A program made the position numbers and the translations under genes. The notes under the pieces were generated by a model that was not told where the DNA came from, made no database searches, and saw only the letters and a list, made by a program, of their open reading frames with translations. DNA of 56,942 nt, filler included, from Platydemus manokwari (Eukaryota): the NCBI GenBank assembly GCA_037951405.1. It is 6 parts of 6 records of this genome, joined end to end, with 100 filler letters (N's around TTAATTAATTAA, not from the genome) between each part and the next. Parts side by side here need not be neighbours in the genome. Positions count along the whole stretch, not along the records: positions 47,372 to 56,942 come from JBBMOY011231098.1; 5 more parts are not named here. One strand, 5' to 3'. Of this stretch, positions 52,501-56,942 are shown piece after piece. Numbering within the stretch: position 1 is the first letter of the stretch; every line of letters starts with the position of its first letter.

Positions 52501-52880
52501 TTTCTAGTTTGTGCTGACCAATCTAACTAAGGAACAAAAGTCTTTCCCACCAAAGCAGAAAGATGAAATACAAATTCTCCATTTATTCCATTTGTTTTTC
52601 GCGTTCGAGAGAAAATTTTTTGTTGAATAATTTTACCTACGTCTCCACTAAGAGTATCGTCTTCGGAAAGAGTATCTTTGATTGCCATTCATTCTACGAT
52701 ATTTTAACAATCAATATGCCTCTCCGACGTCTCCTTTTAAATTGAGGGATATTTGTAGTATCATTGTCCGTTCTGCTCATCCATAAACGGAAGCGTACAT
52801 AGACTTCTCGGTCATAAAATCGACGGGATTGCCACCGTATTGCTCAACTAATAATTTCTGAAAACTTGCGAAATCTGCCC
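49599..52880 (-). mobile_element. Decayed gag-like coding region of an LTR retroelement with two capsid-like domains
   Basis: Capsid-like domain 1 at about 52880-52385, a degenerate knuckle CFRCQ near 52180, capsid-like domain 2 at about 50970-50520, then acidic ORFs. No RT or integrase is recognisable. Confidence 0.65.
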
Positions 52881-53603
52881 AATTATCAACACAAATTTAC
52901 ACTTTATTACACATTTCATCAATATAAATTAATTCAGTTTAGTTATTATAATATGAACAAAAAGATAAAACGAGAGAGAGGATTTTCTAGAGATTAGTAT
53001 ATAATTTAATATGAATGTAGTACCCTAAAACGTTTTCAAATTATCAATTTTCGATTCCCGAACTGTATCCCACCACTAATAAGCATTTTCTCAATACAAT
53101 ATATTTTCCTGTTAAACTCTTTAATCAAATCTCTAATCCTCTCATAAAATTTTCTGTACTGATACTTATATGTCACCAAAATTTTGATTCTAAACAATTT
53201 ATTTTATCAGCTATATGTATTAGTGGACTTATTCTGCTTTTGTTTATTAGGCACACATGTAATATTATTTATAAATAAAACCCATTTATATATGATGTTT
53301 TTCATAAACAACTAAATTCATTGAATGGAAAATACGAGATCTATTGCACAGTTTGATATTTTCTTTTGACCTATAAGTTTTAAAAGTAAGGAAGATAAAG
53401 TAAAAGTATAAAAAATAATAAACGAGTTAATCTAAAATGTAAAAGTTTGCTTGATGATCAAATTTAAACGTCAATGTCTTCATGTATTTTTTAGTTTGAT
53501 TATTCGAATCAATGGGTTTTATAAGAAATTCACTATCGGACTTTTAGTGATTTTTTTCCTGATAAATTCGAGAATTGATAATCCAATGAAAATTTTATAA
53601 CAT

Positions 53604-54137
53604 TGTTGGGTAGATCACAAATCAATCAAACGGGTTACGAACCAAGGAAAGAACCCTAAAAATGGTCTATACAAACAGATCTGATAAGAAAATGTGCCGT
53701 CAGACAATCAGATCCGTTCTAATATTAATCCATGTTTAGAAGATAATAATAGACATGCACATATCTACAGGTGCAGCAAGCTCAAATATCCACCAATGGC
53801 ATGAGAGATGTGAGGAATATTTCAAGTAAACCGACCTACAAACAAATGAAGATTCAGACACAAACGATAGGTCTATAAAAGAGGTTGAGTTCCATGGATA
53901 ACTGCCAGTCTTTTTGGTTGGTAACTCGTGTGCTAAACTATTTATCGTGTGATTTTTCAGTGATCAATCTTTTTGATTATTTTCTATTCTGTTTTTGACT
54001 TTCGGGCCTCGATCCCGTCTTGTATAATTTACCATTGTGAGTTGAGAAAAGATTTACTTGTAGTCATTGAGATTTCAGTTGCGACATTTTGAGTGACACA
54101 GTTTTCAAATCTTAATTGTTGATTAATATACCTGACA
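53604..54137 (+). mobile_element. Solo LTR, copy B
   Basis: TGTTGGG...CCTGACA; flanks ACAT/ATAT; TATAAAAG near 53875. Homologous to 16637-17181. Confidence 0.75.
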
Positions 54138-54701
54138 ATATTCTCTTTTCGATTGGCTGTTCATATGTGCATGTTATTTGTGTGTATGGAGTTGAGGAGT
54201 TTTAGATGGTATAAAAATTAGTTGCTGTTTTTCCAAAATCTCAACAAAACTCGCAAAAAAATATCGAAATTTGTATTTTAAGAAAAAATTATAATTGTTA
54301 GAAATTTTCAATTATAATTTGAGACATTCTAACTAATTGATAGACACTCAATATTAAAGATATGTTTATATAATGAGTTGTATTACGTATTTCTTTAGCA
54401 CTAATTTAATTCAAAATTCCATAAAATATAGTTCCATGGTAACAAACAGTTCCTTTTAGAACTAAAGCCCAAACAATACTGAATTATGGTTGAAATAAAT
54501 GAAAACCATATTCACAATGAAATCATTTCTGAACACAGATTTCAACTTCTTTCATCAAATTCAAACCAAATTTTATCTCGCTAAAGGCTTCCCATAACAG
54601 ATTATCTGTACAACAACATACATTCACCATACATAACATCATATTATTTCCAAAATCCAATCAAAAGCCGATCCTATATTCACAAGATAATCGAAACAAA
54701 A

Positions 54702-55822
54702 TCAATAATGTTTATTAAATAAAAACGAGAAATTTTTATTGATATTTTCACTGAGCTTCTGGGATAATTGTTCTTCATCACTATCAGAATCGTGATTCGA
54801 AAGATTGTCCAATTTGTATTTCTTTTTCGGATTCAGAAGTCCATCGTAAAGAACTTGTTTCCGTTTTCGAAATTCGCGGATTTTATTAGAGATTTCTGCC
54901 TTCTTTTCTAGATCGATAACTTTAGCTGTCTCAATCTGTAGAAAAAAATGTCAATTGCAAATATCGATGATATATGATTGGATAAAATTCATCAGCCAAT
55001 CAGGAGATGGAAAAATTATTAATCGCCTATTATTTACTATAGCAACATAGTCGAACCCGTTCCACGAAAGTTGGTGATATCAAGCAATCAATTGATTGAA
55101 TTTAAAATCTTATAAAATTTAATTAAAAACAAAATACAAACAATAAAGCATTTTTGAATCACCTTTCACTAGGATTGGTTGTTACCAACAGTTATTGATT
55201 ATTAGTCAATTCCTAACCAATCCCCATCAATTAAGCCAACCAAATTTAACCTCATAACTAAATTAAGAACTTTTAAACCCCCTGATATTAAGCGAAATAA
55301 ATCACTCTAGTAATCTATAATAAACATTGAATGGATTTTCGATTATGGTGATATAAAGCATGGGTTCGATTATATCAAATAACTTTATTAATTTCCAAAA
55401 TAATATATTTTATTTCAAGAAAATTTAAATGAATTTTTATTATCCTATTCTACATAAATCAATATTCAATGGAAATGATTACCGACCACTTATATTCATT
55501 GGATATTCAATCGATATTTTAATACATCAACTGATGACTTTAATCAACTGTGACGAATTTAATTGATACAATTATTAATGTTTCACATCACCCAATTGTT
55601 CAGATTCGAATATTACTTCTTTATCAGTCAAAGGAACCCTTGTGAAAGGATTGAGTTTTGGAGTATTTTCCGATTTATTGTTCCAACACTTTTCCATGGT
55701 TTCTCGATTAATATATATTCCATTAGGAAGTTTGACGGGATTAATTAACAATTCAGCAGTTAAAGGATCGAGACAATCATCAGGATAATGGTCATTATCG
55801 GAAATCAAATCATCGTCTTCGT
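54702..55822 (-). CDS. U-box domain E3 ubiquitin ligase (UBOX5/UBE4-like U-box), last two exons
   Basis: Exon 55822-55617 (PDDCLDPLTAELLINPVKLPNG..INRETMEK...NPFTRVPLT) splices in frame to exon 54935-54702 (IETAKVIDLEKKAEISNKIREFRKRK...stop). Confidence 0.82.
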
Positions 55823-56942
55823 CTGAAATTTACAATCATTAATGAAATAATTTGGTTCACTGCACTAAATTAAACCATACACTATGAAAATAAAATTAAG
55901 TATAATACTTAAAATAAATAATACTAAAATACGGGAATATTTATTTGTGAAACAGCTAACTTTCTTGAACAGGAATTTTCAAAGCTATCAATGAAACTTA
56001 ATTTTGGATATCTAGTAAGTTTTTTTTTATTTTTGAATTTTTTAAAATAAATTTCAAATTATATAAATAACCAAAAATTTATTTATGAATTCCTTACATT
56101 GTTATAATAAATATTTACTGTGAAAGGCGCTGTTGAAATTCAAAATAAATAACTTTTCAAACATTTTACATTTACATTGCTCAGCTTAACTCTGTCAGCT
56201 CTAGAAGTGTCTTAATTTTATACTACAACCATCTTCAAGCTTCAAGCAATACGATTTAAATGATAAGTTTGATAATAATCGAATAATTGATGTTTGAGAA
56301 GGAAAAATTTTTTCATTTTACGTCTTCACTAAAAATTTTGCATCATTTTCTTAGATTGTTGTCTAAAGATGTTCAAAGGAGAATTGTTTGATCTATTTTT
56401 TCTCGAAATGATCAAGAACCTATGCAAATTATTTCATATTTACTTTTAAACTGATTTTTTTTATATTTTAGTGTTAAACATGTATAAGAAAATCCTGATT
56501 TTTTATTATTATTTTCAAGTAGATAAATTTAAACTTGATATTTCATTACAATACATAAATACATTAATGAGATATCTGTTTTCAAATTAAACTTTGCTTG
56601 GGGAACTTCAACTTTGTCTATTATAAAAGATAAATTATTAAAATGCTAATGATCTCTATTACATGACAAATTCAGATTTTGATAAATAAACACTCTTAAA
56701 CACGAAATTAAAAGACTATGATTATAATCTATTATCAGATATTTTTAAATTTGAAAGTCAAAAATATTGCATATTAGATTAAAATAATGATATTTTCTCT
56801 CAGATATTTCAAAGATCATTCAAAAATATGAAAAAAAATTTCAGTATTAAATTTTAGAAAATTATCAATAGCTTTGCTACTGGACAATAATTAATGCAAA
56901 TATGTCGTTGATAATGAAAAATTGTTACTTTATTTACAAAAT

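Noticed and set aside
32755-52785. TGA at several positions where Trp is expected (Ulp1 D*L, gag YG*, pogo EH*I), suggesting a UGA=Trp code
   Set aside because: It occurs only in decayed elements that also carry TAG/TAA stops and frameshifts. Host genes use TGG for Trp and TGA as stop, so G-to-A decay explains it.
53050-53075. tRNA gene (TTCGATTCCCG...CCA)
   Set aside because: No D or anticodon arms, and the spacing to CCA is too long; at best a PBS-like remnant.

Overview
Very AT-rich eukaryotic (animal) genomic DNA with many 42-80 nt GT-AG introns. A freshwater flatworm/planarian-like host is plausible, but this is inference only. The window is not one continuous locus: five identical 100-nt spacers (44 N + TTAATTAATTAA + 44 N) join six separate pieces, the four complete ones 9.3-9.9 kb long, so adjacency across them means nothing. 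Host genes reconstructed exon by exon are RFC3 (complete), TFIIB (complete, start tentative), an EPT1/SELENOI-type phosphotransferase (5' part), a C11orf65/MFI-like IQ protein (most exons), a DEG/ENaC channel (5' part), a U-box protein (3' part) and the last exon of an ankyrin-repeat gene. The rest is mostly decayed mobile DNA: several Ty3/gypsy fragments and solo LTRs, a Polinton/Maverick-like element with protein-primed PolB and an AGTAGT hairpin end, two tandem NeSL/Utopia-type RLE non-LTR retrotransposons (one with a Ulp1 protease), a DD35D pogo (Passer-type) transposon, and piggyBac-like and Tc1/mariner MITEs. The most unusual observations are a gag-like relic with two diverged capsid domains in tandem, the fish-like pogo element, the Polinton hairpin end and deletion scar, and operon-like ankyrin-RFC3 spacing. 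I could not demonstrate an intact novel system from the sequence alone.
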